Assembly (NCBI GenBank): GCA_025201805.1
Contig: MU619309.1
Span: forward strand, 62,001 to 126,000
From: Parasitella parasitica NRRL 2501
Taxonomy: Eukaryota > Fungi > Mucoromycota
DNA: 64,000 bases
Direction of reading: 5' to 3'
Below the pieces are notes generated by a model that saw only the letters and a program-made list of their open reading frames with translations, did no database searches and was not told where the DNA came from. Below are positions 38,713 to 51,701 of the stretch, in pieces. A program made the position numbers and the translations under genes. The number at the start of each line of letters is the position of its first letter. The stretch's first letter is position 1.

Positions 38713-40212
38713 ATGGGTAAAGATTCCAGCAAGCATGTGGGTAATCGCCCTCAACGCCATGATCCTTTGCATGTGCAATTGGCTGACATGCCTGAGAATA
38801 ACACCTTGAAAAAGGCCACCCGTCAGAAATTTGTAGATCGTAATAACAGAGCAGAGGAAGCGGGCGAGGTAAAAACCCAAATAATAATAAAAAAATAAAA
38901 AAATAAAAAGTAAAAAATTATATCACTTTGATTACTGACACATTATGTAGGAATACTTGGACGCCAAACTTTCCAAAAAGATTTTGAAAATCGCTAGAGA
39001 GCAGCAAGAACAAATCGAAAAGCAAAATGAGGACGAAGAAGAAAGGTACAATGGAAAGATCCCGCCTTGCAAATCATGTGCTGACATTGTCGCCTTTCTT
39101 TTAGAGATTCTTCTGTAAAAAATAAATATCCCTTGGGCTTTGAGATTGATGAAGAAGAAATTGAGGAGATTGACCAATACGCAAATTACGAAGAGTTAGA
39201 AATCGATGCAGCAGATGCTGATGTGCTAGAAAAGTTTCTGCCCAGTGCGCCAAGAGAGAAAAAGACATTGGCAGATTTGATTATGGAAAAGATCAATGAA
39301 AAGAACGCAGCTGAAGCTAGAGAAGCCCATGAAGGCGAAGACGAGCTATCGCCTTCTGTCAATCCCAAGGTCGTCGAAGTATACACAAAGTAGGTGATAC
39401 ATCATTTTTAGATGATGCATAAATTTTCTAACGACATGTGCAGAGTGGGTCAGTTATTAAGTCGCTATAAATCTGGCAAGTTACCCAAGGCCTTCAAGAT
39501 CATCCCTTCGCTAGGAAACTGGGAAGAAATTCTTTACTACACTGCACCTGAAAACTGGACACCTCATGCTACGTATGAAGCTACCCGTATGTTTGTCTCT
39601 AATTTGAAAGCTAGACAAGTCCAACGTTTCTTTTCGCTTGTGCTCTTGGATCGTGTCCGTGATGACATTGCTGAAAACAAAAAGTTGAGCTATCATCTCT
39701 ATTTGGCCCTCAAAAAGGGACTCTATAAGCCTGCTGCTTTCTTTAAGGGTATTCTTTTCCCTCTCTGTGAGTCTGGTAACTGTACATTGAAAGAAGCTGC
39801 CATCCTCGGCAGTGTCCTCACAAAAGTATCTATTCCCGTTTTGCATTCCTCTGCTGCCATCTTACGTTTGGCTGAAATGGAGTACACTGGCCCAAACTCC
39901 TTGTTCATTCGTATTTTGCTCGACAAAAAGTACGCTTTACCCTTCAAGGTTGTTGATGCTCTTGTGATGCATTTTGCTCGTTTCATGAACGATCCTCGTG
40001 ATATGCCTGTGCTTTGGCATCAGTCCATGCTGGTGTTTGTTCAACGCTATAAGCAAGACTTGGTAGGTGAGCAGAAAGACATTTTATTAGAGGTTATGAA
40101 AAAGAAATATCACAATGGTATTTCTCCTGAAGTTCGTCGTGAAATTGTCCATTCTCAAGCAAGAGATGAAATGTTGGCCGAAAAAGACGACGATATCATG
40201 ATGATGGAGTAA
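38713..40212 (+). CDS. ENP1: bystin / Enp1
   Basis: [42 protein letters not shown]; four exons. Confidence 0.96.
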
Positions 40213-40415
40213 AACCTTCTTGCAACCCACGAAACTCTCCCTCCCCCCTCCCCCCCTCCTCTTCCTCCTTTGCTTCTCTAATTTTTGCACATATTCTATA
40301 TATAAAGATCATTTCCCACATTAACAAAAAGATGCTTAGTATATATATTTTATTAAAAAAAAAAGTATATTATATTTTTGTATATAAAATGTGTGATTAT
40401 TGCTTTGTTTATGGT

Positions 40416-42514
40416 TTATAATACGAGTGATGATGTTGGAGGTGGCGGTGGAGATTGTGCAGGCTGTGGTGGAGGAGGCGACAGTTGTTGCTGTTGATTA
40501 GCTGCTAATTTTTTACCTTTGAGCATGTTCTTTAGTGCTCTCAAAGCAAAGACAGTTAAACCAATTCCGGCCCAATCTTCGTCATGTAAATCACGCAAAT
40601 CGCCAACTGTCATGATATCTTGGTTTTGTAACTTTCTAGCCCATTCATGTGCTTTGTCTGCCCCACGGTGTGACGCTTGAGCACAATCTGCAACAAACAC
40701 ACCGATATCCGTGTCATCTGAATATTCTGCAAAAAGAGTATCAGCATCAGCCTGTATATAAATACACAAAAACGAAACATACCATCCAATATGTGATTGA
40801 CAAGCTTTTCCCTCTCTTCTTGAGTGTGTCCATTTGTTATCGGCAAACTGGAGGACACGGTTTCGCTTAATCCGGTCTCTGATAAAGACGTAGGCGACTT
40901 TAACTCTTCCAGTTCTCGTAAATTCTTCAGAGCCTCCCGATATCTAGTTTCGGCGGCACGAGCTCTGTTTTCAAAATCATCACATTTTTGCTCGATTTCA
41001 AGCACACGATCAGTGGCATGATTCAAGTCCTCACGAGTGCGATCTAATTCGTTACGGATATCGCTTTCTCGTCTCCAGACAGATCTGCGCACTTGCTCAG
41101 CTTGCTCGGATTCTGTAGGCTTATCAATGTCACGCAGTATACGGTTGATTTCCTTTGTGATATGGTGCTGATAGCGTTCAGGCAACACTTGCTCTTCGAT
41201 CATTTCCCGCACGACTTCCTCAGCAGTGTCTGTCTCCACATTAAAGTCGAACTTGACGGACAGTTTGTCCATACCCTTGAACACCACTTGAAGCGTAAGA
41301 TGAACGTTGTCTGGATCCGCAGCCAACAGCACAACATCGGGCTCCACTGCCAGAAATGAATGTTCCAGAATTTCCTGTGCTGACATACGTTCATCTTCGT
41401 TGCTAAGACAATTTTCAATGACATTCAATACTTCGGGATTTTGCACCTTCAGGAGACAAGCAGGTTTAATGCCCTTGAATGAATGAACACGAAAATTAAT
41501 CAAGTGATATCATGCTACGAGAAGAATACTTACAGCAGAGACCTTTTTGTAAATCTGTGCCGCATTTTTGCATTCGCCGTACGGGTATTCACCTGTTGCC
41601 ATTTCCAGCAAACACATACCGAACGCATAGATGTCGACCTTTTCGTTATAGCCCTGTTCCTCGTACATCTCTGGAGCCATGAACTCGGGAGTGCCGATGA
41701 CTGTGTACTTTTTACCCAGCTTCATTTCTGCCGTGCCCATGTCGCCAATCTTGACTTCGCCGTGAGCGCCATTGATAAAGATGTTGTCGCACTTGATGTC
41801 TCGATGGATGATGGGAGGATTGTGGCCGTGCAGATAAGCCAGCCCCTTGAGGATTTGACGTGACCAACGTTTGATGATCTTGAGGTTTGGAAGTGGTGCC
41901 AGCTTCCTAATGTATTCACGAAGCGTGCCCGAAGTCATGAGTTCTGTGATAAAGACAAACTCGTTCTCACCGTACCAAGCATCGTGAAAGGCAATGATGT
42001 TGGGATGGCGAACCGATTTCAAAATCTGGATCTCATGCTCCAAGTCCTTGTTGTTTGGCGATTGCATGGATTGCATTGTGTTCCATGCAACTTCGTAGCC
42101 TTCTTCACGATCAATGGCTTTGTAGACTACTTTATACGCTCCTTTACCGAGCAGTGTGTTGAGCTTTACGTATCTTTCATTAGGAGACACTTCCACCACC
42201 TTCTCGACGTCATGCGAGCTGGATTGGTCGTTTATCTCGGTGTGTGGCGGGATGCCGTAAGCGCTGTCCAATGTACTGCGATGCTGAAATGATGTACGCG
42301 TGGGGTAACTGTGGTATAGCTCATCTGGGCTTTGCTGATTTGTTATGGTATCGTTGGCACTAAACGACTGTGAGAGTGGTGCATAATAGTTGGAATATTC
42401 TTCGTTGGTTTTATTGTCGTTGAACTGTGGTGTTGCAACACTGTCTGAGCTAAAGCGAACGTGTAGGCTATTGCTTCGCTCCAGCGATTGTTGCTGCTGA
42501 TTATCAGAAGACAT
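40416..42514 (-). CDS. WNK: WNK (with-no-lysine) Ser/Thr kinase with CCT/OSR1-C-like and SAM-like domains
   Basis: GKGAYKVVYK (Lys in subdomain I), EVAWN (no subdomain II Lys), TELMTSGTL, IHRDIKCDNIFING, VIGTPEFMAPEMYEE; exons 42514-41534, 41473-40783, 40726-40416. Confidence 0.93.
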
Positions 42515-42917
42515 GATTTGTATTTTGAACAAACAGAGAGACGAAAAAAAAAAAAAAAAAAAAAAGCAATCTTGGTTTTTTAAAGGGTTTTGTTCGAGAA
42601 TTCGATAAAGAATTAGCTCTAGTGAATTCTACGTATGCAATACAAATTCAACGTCGTATTAGTATTTATTTATTTGGGAGGAAAGAGAAGGGAGAGAAAG
42701 AAAAAATGAATTTCGAAAGAAGAAGACGAAGAAGAAACCGAAAAAACAAAACAAAACAAAAAAAAAAAAAAGGTTTTGTGTTGGGTCGAATGACGCTTAG
42801 AACTAGGCTCTGGTTCCAAGCAATTTCCTTTTAACGCTTGGTGGTACTTGAAGACCTGACAGACCCGTTTGATAATATCCAAATTACATAATATCCATGT
42901 AACACCAGAGAGTTGAT

Positions 42918-44442
42918 TCAAGCCAGCTCTTTGATTTTTATTCTTTTGCTTGGCTGATTCAAAGATGACAACACATTTTGAAGGCGTAGCAGCTCGGATT
43001 CCGTATTAATTGGCTGGGCCAGACTAACAGATTCCTTGGTGCTGGTCTTATTGTCAGCAGACATGATGGAATCCAACTCATTTTCCAGTTCCTCGTTTGT
43101 TATTCCTGTGGTTTGATTGAATATCTCCTCGCTTCCCAGTGCAATTGCTTGTTCAACCGCATTTTGGTCTTCCAACGTGTCTTTTAGCTTATCCATCGTC
43201 TCTGCTACCTCATCTTTACCACTCAGCAGCAACCTCAGAGTGTTTGCGCCAATGTTGAATGCCTCGATTACTTGCAAATCATTCTGCGATGTTTCTATCT
43301 TTAGTAAAATGGTCTCCATGGTCTCCAATGTTTTCAGTCTTTGCTCTAATATCTCTTCAATGTGCTTCTTTTTTCGCAGCATGTATACGGCTTGGAGCTT
43401 TTTATTCTCTGTATTGTATTCTCTAGTCAATCTCAGGAATCTACACAAGGTTTCTTTCTGTTATCAGTAAAACAATCAACTCGTTCAATATGCCAGCGCA
43501 TTACTCTTCGCTCTTTGTTTGCAATTCATCCACCTGCTTATGCAATGTGGAACAAGCAGTCTTCAAATTGGCAATTGCTTTATCGTTTTCTGTGATTTTG
43601 GCATTCACTTTGACGGCTTCGTTTCTGTGTGGAAATTTGATTACCGTGCTGGTTGCTCCAAATGCTTGTGTCGTATCAGCAATGGCAACACCGAAACAGT
43701 GATGCAAGTAGCGAAGTATAATCCACAGATCCATGTCGCTTAACCGTACAATTGTCTCTTGGTGGCAAAAAATGGTGCTGTATTCACCCCGAAACTCTAA
43801 AAATGTAAACAGGTTGTCTAGAGAGCTGCACAAGGGTTTACTGTAATGCTTTTGGACGATTAGTTTGGAGTATTCGCGCACTGTTGGTAAAACAATGTAC
43901 ACATGTGATGGCGTTTCTGGTATAACCCAACGGTAAGGTGTGTAGTAGATCCATTGGAGCCATGTCAATGTGTTGCTAGATGGGTTGTGGGCTTGGATCG
44001 GGTACTGCTTCTCGTATTCTTTCTGCACCATCAAGTCATAAGTCTTTTCAACCATATCTTGCTAAAAAAACAATGCCATATAAACACAAATGCTGTTGGT
44101 ACATCTTTTTTTTTAACAAAGTACACTTACAACAACATAATCGAGTGAAAGTGGTTTTCCATTTTGTGACCGATAGAATAAATCAGCAAGTTCGTTTTTG
44201 TCTAAAAAGCAGCCGTGGTCCTTGGTTGTTAAATAGCCATGTAAATTGCAATCGAGAATAACTGCCCTCCAGTAATTCACATTGGCATCATACCCGTAGC
44301 TGTTTAGAAGTTTGAGCTTTGAAAAGTCAGAGTAAAGCGATAACAGTCGATCTGTGGCTTTCTCTCGATCAAAGTCTACGTATTGTGATGATAAGTATTC
44401 TTGTAGACGTGATACACGCTCTGTAAAGGGGTTGTTGTTCAT
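42918..44442 (-). CDS. CHMP7: CHMP7/Chm7 ESCRT-II/III hybrid protein
   Basis: SLYSDF...N..GYDANVNYWR N-terminal motif plus Snf7-like C-terminal helices; three exons. Confidence 0.85.
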
Positions 44443-46071
44443 GTTTTGTATTTGGAGGAAAAAGTGTAGAAAGGGAATCAGAGCAAACCTGAATATTTTA
44501 TATGCATTTTGAGGATGTTTGTAGGGCTTGAAAATGAACTTGAAAGTCAATATCAATTCGCATAAATAAGGCTCATCCCAAAGAACCGTTTAGATTAGAG
44601 TGAAACATATACGAACGACTTTCTATATCTCTTGATATTATAATAATAGAAAAGCCTTAATAGAGGATATAAGTGTATATATTTTTACGCTTGTGAGTTT
44701 CTCCATACCTAGCATGACATATGTGTCAAAACTTTTAGCAAGTTTTTACGCATTTCAAGGTTAGTATTTATTATGTTGTTGCACCATAGCTACTTACCAT
44801 TAAGTAAGCAAAATCCCAATATATGACATGGAAAAAATATCTACTGGAATAAATCTATAGCTGAGATGTTTTAGAATATGAGCCCAAAAAGCTAGTTTTA
44901 TACAGCTTATTGCTTTTTTCGCCCCTACTCTTGTCGAAATAATCGGTGATGCTAATAACTTTGTATATCACTGGTATTTCTTTCACTAAAAATATTGCGT
45001 CGAGTCGACGCTATGTTTTCGAAGTTAGATCTCAATTCTATGGTTCTTTTATAAGATGAAATTCAAATCATCCAGGAACATCTTACATAGATCACAATCA
45101 TAAAGAACAAGCTAGTACGGATTTAAGAATTCGTGCCAATTGTTATGTCAAAATAAGTCAGTATAAATGAATCTGCCAAAGAGTTAAAGTTTATTAGAAA
45201 TACATTTTTCGGATGAATTTATATAAACCAACATTATGTGCTAATATCATAATGTACGACTGTAACTATGGTGTAATAATTCAAATTTCAGCACCATCTA
45301 AAAATTTCCACTGCCATGGATTGAGTTTTTTTATGATTTTCTAATTGTTATGTCGCCAAAATGCTAAAATCACGGAAGGGCACTCAGTAACTTTAAAAAA
45401 GCGTAAAATAACCAAATCAAGTACAAGGACGAATTTCCTCCTACCCGTTTAAAAGAGTATCCAAGCGTAAAAATTCGACTTTAACCATGTGATCAATGAT
45501 CTTGAACGAAAGATCACTTTTCATCACTACACCATCAAACAGAGATATCATCTAGCCAATGAGTAGCCTCAATTCACTAATGGTTGAGCTGTAGGCAGGG
45601 CTCAAATAACTTGCTGGCCACGTCAGAAAGCTTTTTATTGCCTGGAGAGCTGAAAACTGTTGTTAAAGTTGGTTCGGCTTGACACAGTAAATTCTATGAT
45701 GTGATTATATATACATAAGTGGAGTAAACTTTAAAATTATTGCCTGTTGCTCTAAATAATGTGAAATTATTTTACCCTTGATAAGAATTGTTGACACAGA
45801 TCTCTCTGTACAGCAATTTTTGGGACATGTCAAGTATACTTAAGGCGATGAAGTATTAATCCGTGTTCGTTTTACTAGCTACACAATCAAAAATCGTCTG
45901 ATTCTTTAAATACAGTTAAAATCATTGGCTGAATCTGTGCTTTTTTTTATTTTATAATGCACATAATGTGACATATGGGATAAATGAATGGGGTTGATTG
46001 AAAGTATATAAAAACCTTTAAGCATCGAGAAAAATACAGATTATTCTTTCCTTATCTCTTTATTTTAAAAA

Positions 46072-46944
46072 ATGACTTTTATATCAACAAGCATAGCATT
46101 TCTCGTAGTGGTTTCCATCATCCTTCCAATATTTACCTATGTAATTGGCATGCTCATTCCAGCAAGCCATATAGTTTCTCGATCTGTGAATCTCAAGCTA
46201 TCACCCGAAAGACTCTGGAAAATCCTAACTGATGTATCCAAGTATCCCGAATGGCAATCCAAGGTGCAAAAAGTGACAATTCAAGAAGAAAAAGAAAGCC
46301 AAACGGTTTTTGTTGAGTATTCAACACGTAAGCGACACACTGTCATCATCCATCATGAAAGAGTGCCTTGCAAATGCTTGCTAAGAATCCTGGAAGAAAG
46401 ACCTAGCATTGACGGACAAAAAAAGGTCCCCACATTTTCAGGTTCATGGACATTTGAAGTAACTCAAGATAAGGAAACTGCAGATCAAGTGACATTGAAA
46501 ATAACCGAGCAGGGTGTAATAAAGAAACCTATGGTTCGTGTTACTCATATGCTGCTATTTGGTTTCCATCGCAGGATTGACAGATTTATTCATGATTTGC
46601 AAGCGCTAATTGCACAGCAAGATGCTTGTAAAGAACCACAAGAGCAAGAAAACTCTGAAGCGTCAAAAGTCATCAGCCACAGCAAGGATGCATTAGAGGG
46701 CGGGAAAGTGATGACCGAAGATCAGGAGTCATACGATACCACAGAGCTATTGAAAACAAACAGCGAAGAATATATCGCAAAGGAAGAGAATTTATCAGAC
46801 AACGCAAATCTGCATGTAACCGCAGACAGTTCATCTGACCAGCAAACAGAACCAAATGACACATTGATGACCGAGTCAAAGCTAGTCAGTGGGTGGGATA
46901 TTGTGAGTGCCATATGCGAAAGCCCGCCAAAAACGTCTGCGTGA
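46072..46944 (+). CDS. SRPBCC/START-like domain protein with N-terminal TM helix
   Basis: SPERLWKILTDVSKYPEW, FSGSWTFE, VTLKITE motifs; intronless; TATA at 46005. Confidence 0.75.
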   Translation: MTFISTSIAFLVVVSIILPIFTYVIGMLIPASHIVSRSVNLKLSPERLWKILTDVSKYPEWQSKVQKVTIQEEKESQTVFVEYSTRKRHTVIIHHERVPCKCLLRILEERPSIDGQKKVPTFSGSWTFEVTQDKETADQVTLKITEQGVIKKPMVRVTHMLLFGFHRRIDRFIHDLQALIAQQDACKEPQEQENSEASKVISHSKDALEGGKVMTEDQESYDTTELLKTNSEEYIAKEENLSDNANLHVTADSSSDQQTEPNDTLMTESKLVSGWDIVSAICESPPKTSA

Positions 46945-47371
46945 TCAGCAGCCGTGTCATTTAACACTATCCCCATTGTTATTTAATGTGATATATAGAG
47001 ATTAAACATCTGCCGATAAATTGAACTAGTACATCCAGCACCTTTTGTGAATACACCATGCATTTAATAAATAAATAATCCGAGACCAAACTATAACTCA
47101 GAGACTTGTACTAGACATGCAATAAAGCTTCGATGTTAAGCAGTTGATCTATACATGACCCGACTCCATTGCAATTCAAGATGGTCGGTGCATTTCAAAA
47201 TGAGGTGACGTAGTGGTGATCTTGTTCGTTTCTCTTTATTTTTGACAGCACAGTTACACCCTAATCCAATGGAATGTAAATTTTTATAAATAACTCAAAC
47301 TTTCTTTTTTTTGCTCTTATTTCTTTCATCACAATTTGGAAGAAAGAAAGAAAAAAAAACAGATTTGAGAA

Positions 47372-47982
47372 ATGGATAAAATTCGTGAGGTAGATAAATT
47401 ACTATTGCAACTGGGATCTAAGCTAAAAAGTACCATTATTGTGTATAAATTTAGAAAATTGCTACCATCCGCATTGAAGCAGATACCGCCAATGCTAAAG
47501 TTGAAGAGTTGGAAAACGAGCTCAAAAATATTAAACAAGAGCACACTCAACAAGAGCGTGAAATCATTTCATTGAACAACAAGAACAAGCAACTTGAAGA
47601 GGATTTAGATACTGCCCATGACACCATCAAGTCCTTGAGGGACAATGAAACTGAGGACAGCGATCACAAGAAGCACCATGAGAATTCTTTGCGCAAGATT
47701 ACTCTGCTTGAAGAAGAGTTGGAGGAATCAGACAAGGCACTCAAGGAAACCACCAAAAAGTAAGACATTTCAATGATGGGGAAGGGTACATTTGACTAAT
47801 GCTCACTCTAAAACGCTAGTTTCCGTGAAGCTGATATTAAAGCTGAGCAACTTGAAAAGAAGGTCGAGCAATTAACAGCCAAACTCGCCGAGGAAGAACA
47901 GAAAAATGAAGATCTTGAACGAAAGAACGAAGAATTGAGTGGTCAATTGGAAGAGATCAACAAGCAACTGGATGACATGTAA
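47372..47982 (+). CDS. TPM: tropomyosin
   Basis: Exons 47372-47389, 47455-47759, 47820-47982: MDKIREKI..IRIEAD...EIISLNNKN...RKITLLEEELE. Confidence 0.93.
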
Positions 47983-48341
47983 ATTGGGATTGGCTGGTTC
48001 CCAGAAATTGATATATATGTATATTTAATTTTTTTTTTATTTGAATAAAATTTCCGATAAACATATGTTGCTATGAAACACACACCTGTCAGAAATAAAT
48101 GCTGTCATGGCAACAAAAACGGATCTGCACGAACAATGCATAATGAAATTTTGGAAATACGTACATCAGGCAGTAAAACAATATTACGTTTATCTCTAGA
48201 TAATTACTTGGAATAAAGCTCCAGCTCATTTGAGGAAACCTCCCACACCCAAATAGTATCATCAATACTACTTTGCCCACTTTTCAAAAGAAAAACGACT
48301 AAATTTATTTAGACTAATAAACAAATGAAATTGATCCTAAC

Positions 48342-48750
48342 TTAGATCTCGGCCAATTCACGAAGACGACGAACGGTGGAGCGGACAGTAGCGGCAGCAG
48401 TAGTGCTAAAAAAAAAATTGTTATCAACATGTTAGCATTGCAATCGAAATCTTGCCACCAAAATCAACTTACGAAACAGTGTAAGCACCACCAGCCATGG
48501 TCTTTTTGCAACCCTTGCACTTCCAGATACCGACAGCAGTACGTTTGACAGCATCCTTACCACAGAAGGTACAGGTGTAAGTGGAATGTTGAGTGATTTC
48601 CATCTTCTTGACGGTCTTTCTGAGAGAAGCACCATAACGGGTACCGTATTTACCGGTGATTCCGACCTTCTTAGTGCGTTTGGCCTACAAGTGATGTATT
48701 TTAGTTGAGCACGATGGATGGATGGATAGATTTGCTATGATATATACCAT
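48342..48750 (-). CDS. RPL43: 60S ribosomal protein L43/L37a (eL43)
   Basis: Exons 48750-48748, 48684-48473, 48405-48342: [24 protein letters not shown]...CTFCGK. Confidence 0.98.
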
Positions 48751-49039
48751 TTTAGATAAAGTACCAAAGAGGAGGAAGTATTCAATGTGCAGCTGGCTGC
48801 TCTTCTTTTGGCCTACCCGGAATTTGTTTTTTTTTTTTTTNNNNNNNNNNAATGCCCTTCAATCCGGACTAAGCAAGCAGGTAGTTGCTCTATACACAGT
48901 GACGCGCGTTTCCTTTCATGAGAGGAGTTTAACAGCTCTTCATGGGAAGCACAAGCATGAAATTATCTTTTTTTGTAATGACAAACAAGTTTTTTCTGGT
49001 TTTTTATTGTTTCTTTGTAGAAAAGCCTAGATATTAAAC

Positions 49040-50758
49040 ATGATCAACTCTCGCCCAAACTCACCTCGAACAGCAGCACCTTCTAGAGATAGAACTCCAT
49101 CTTCTAATGGAGTACCAGTGGTACATTACTCGCAGCCACTTCGAACAACCGGTGAACGACTTGCCTCACTTCTAGGCGCCTCCCTGACTACGGTTAATAA
49201 TTCTATATATGTCTTTGGGGGGTTTGATCAATACAGTGATGAAATCTACAATAAATTGTATAGACTTGACTATGACGACATTTGCCAGTGGAAGCATGTA
49301 ATTTACACAAAGGGAGAGCCACCAGCAAAGCGGAATGACCACTCTGCGACATTATGGAATAGAGACAAGCTAGTTATCTTTGGCGGTAACTCTGAAGAAG
49401 ACAGCTACTTTAACGATATTGCTGTACTGGATCTTACTACCTTGACTTGGTGGCACCCTGAAGTCCATGGATTCATACCTGAAGGCAGAATTCGACACTC
49501 TGCAACAATTTATCAAGACAAGCTCTACATTGCAGGCGGAATGCGAGTAGACTCTAGTGTGGCATTTGCAGATACTCTGTTGATTTTAGATTTAAATACC
49601 TGGGAATGGGACCAGCCTATACCGTTTGTGAAGAGATCCCAGCACATGAGTTTTGTCTACAATTCAAGGCTGTATCTTTTTGGTGGCTTGAGAGAAGACA
49701 TGAGCAGATCAAACCATCTGGCCTTTATTGATTTGAACAAAACTGAAGATGTGACACAATTGGACATTAGCTCCCCTTCAGCTCCCTCCTTGCTGGGTCA
49801 ACGGTCTGCTCAGATATGCGGCGACCAGTTGATCGTTTTGGTGACATTGCCATTCAGGGAGGCTATGGTAGAAGCCCCAGTTACTGGTCTGTGGTCTTTG
49901 GATTTACCTTCTATGCAATGGCAATGCAGAGAGGTGGGGACTCGCTATGAAGCATGTAGCTGGCATTGCTTTTCAATGACAGAGCATGATACATCATTCT
50001 ATCTTTTTGGCACGACTGAAGATGACCCTGATGAATTCTATTCGATGGCTCTGAAAGTAGAATTGGAGGAACTGGGCATTGTCCCTGTACCTCCGCCTCA
50101 ACTAGGGACAGATCTCATCGGCCTACTACTGAATCAACAGCAGCTGGAAAAGCAGAGAACTGACTTCACCATTTACTCGTCCACCGAGCCCAATGCATCA
50201 CCCATTCACGTCCATCGACTAGTCTTGTTGGCAAGGTGGCCACATTTTGTTCATTTAATGGACTCTGGCATGCAAGAATCAATTTCTAATAAGCTCACAA
50301 TGTCAGAACCAATTTCAACATTGGAAAGTTTTGTCCGCTATTTGTATACCGATACATTGAATGATCCCCACTTTACAACGGATTTGATCGCGGATCTTAT
50401 GGTCATGGCCCACATCTACTCCTTGCCCCGCTTATTGGCATTATGTGTACGCCATCTGTTCAGCAAGATGGATATAGAGAGCACCAGCAAAATATATCAC
50501 ACTGCTAGCTTATCAGAGCAAAGAGGCCTTCAACAAGCGTCTTTGCACTACATATTTCAACATTTTGGTGCGATTTCTCATACAGACGGATTTCGTCAAT
50601 TGCCGCGCAACATTTTGTTTCAGATATGGGATGACATGCCATTGAACGCAACCATTGTTAATCAACAAGAACTGATACAGCAGCAGCAGCAGCAACAGCA
50701 GCTACAACAGAATGGTGATGATGCTGAGAACGATGATGATGAAGAAATGGAAGCCTAA
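49040..50758 (+). CDS. kelch-repeat + BTB/POZ protein (Ral2/Mds3/LZTR1-like)
   Basis: YVFGG/VIFGG/YLFGG kelch blades; IHVHRLVLLARWPHF..LM.SGMQES and YLYTD BTB motifs; polyQ tail. Confidence 0.9.
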   Translation: MINSRPNSPRTAAPSRDRTPSSNGVPVVHYSQPLRTTGERLASLLGASLTTVNNSIYVFGGFDQYSDEIYNKLYRLDYDDICQWKHVIYTKGEPPAKRNDHSATLWNRDKLVIFGGNSEEDSYFNDIAVLDLTTLTWWHPEVHGFIPEGRIRHSATIYQDKLYIAGGMRVDSSVAFADTLLILDLNTWEWDQPIPFVKRSQHMSFVYNSRLYLFGGLREDMSRSNHLAFIDLNKTEDVTQLDISSPSAPSLLGQRSAQICGDQLIVLVTLPFREAMVEAPVTGLWSLDLPSMQWQCREVGTRYEACSWHCFSMTEHDTSFYLFGTTEDDPDEFYSMALKVELEELGIVPVPPPQLGTDLIGLLLNQQQLEKQRTDFTIYSSTEPNASPIHVHRLVLLARWPHFVHLMDSGMQESISNKLTMSEPISTLESFVRYLYTDTLNDPHFTTDLIADLMVMAHIYSLPRLLALCVRHLFSKMDIESTSKIYHTASLSEQRGLQQASLHYIFQHFGAISHTDGFRQLPRNILFQIWDDMPLNATIVNQQELIQQQQQQQQLQQNGDDAENDDDEEMEA

Positions 50759-50813
50759 TGAAATCTAATTTGAAGAGTATTTACGCCCGGGTTGAACGTC
50801 CTTAGCCGGATCG

Positions 50814-50845
<32 letters not shown>

Positions 50846-50975
50846 NNNNNNNNNNNNNNNNNNNNNNNNNNNNNNNNNNNNNNNNNNNCAGAAAAAAAAA
50901 AAAAAGAATTGACTATAGAATTGAAAAAGAATAATAATAAAAGATCCCCCTCTTAATAATCATCCATAAACTCAA

Positions 50976-51701
50976 ATGGTTAGTTGAAATAAGCATTGTC
51001 TATTGCATCATATATCAGAGCAAGAGCAGATCACATTAATACGAAATGGATGCTTGCAAGCAAGATGGATTCGATGCATGGAGAAATCAGATTGCTGGAT
51101 GTAGTTTGCAATTGGGAATAGGGGGATGTTGAAAGCCGGCCATTAGCTCAGAAACATTCACAAGAGCAGCATGCGTGCAACCGAAAAATGATGTGTTTTG
51201 CTCTGTTCTGATATAGATGTACGAGACGCTACGTATATTCGTAGACTCTGACCTTTTCCTATGTTGTTTTTTTTTATTTATTAGGCTGCCATCAAAGCTC
51301 ACGAACTCCGTAACAAAAACAAGGCCGAGCTCGTCAAGATCCTTGACGAACAAAAGCAACAACTTGCCAACATCCGTGTCCAAAAGGTTGCTGGTGGTAA
51401 GCTCCAAGAAATGTAAGTGTTATTTCAAAGAGAATGGACAAAGCCGGGTTTATTAATCGAATACACTAGTGGTGAGGCCCGTAAGAACGTTGCCCGTGTT
51501 TTGACAGTTATCAACCAGACTCAACGTGAGCAACTTCGCCTCTTTTACCAAAAGAAGCGTTTCACTCCCTTGGATCTCCGTGTCAAGAAGACTCGTGCCA
51601 TGCGTAGAGCTTTGACTCCTTTTGAAAAGTCCAAGAAGACTGTTCGTGAGCAAAAGAAGTTGGCTCACTTCCCTCTTCGCAAGTATGCTGTCAAGGCCTA
51701 A
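50976..51701 (+). CDS. RPL35: 60S ribosomal protein L35 (uL29)
   Basis: Exons 50976-50978, 51285-51412, 51470-51701: [10 protein letters not shown]...ARVLTVINQ...[14 protein letters not shown]...KYAVKA. Confidence 0.98.

Noticed and set aside
51188-51211. ATGATGT...CTGA in the RPL35 intron as a C/D snoRNA
   Set aside because: Boxes only about 12 nt apart; better explained as a stem arm
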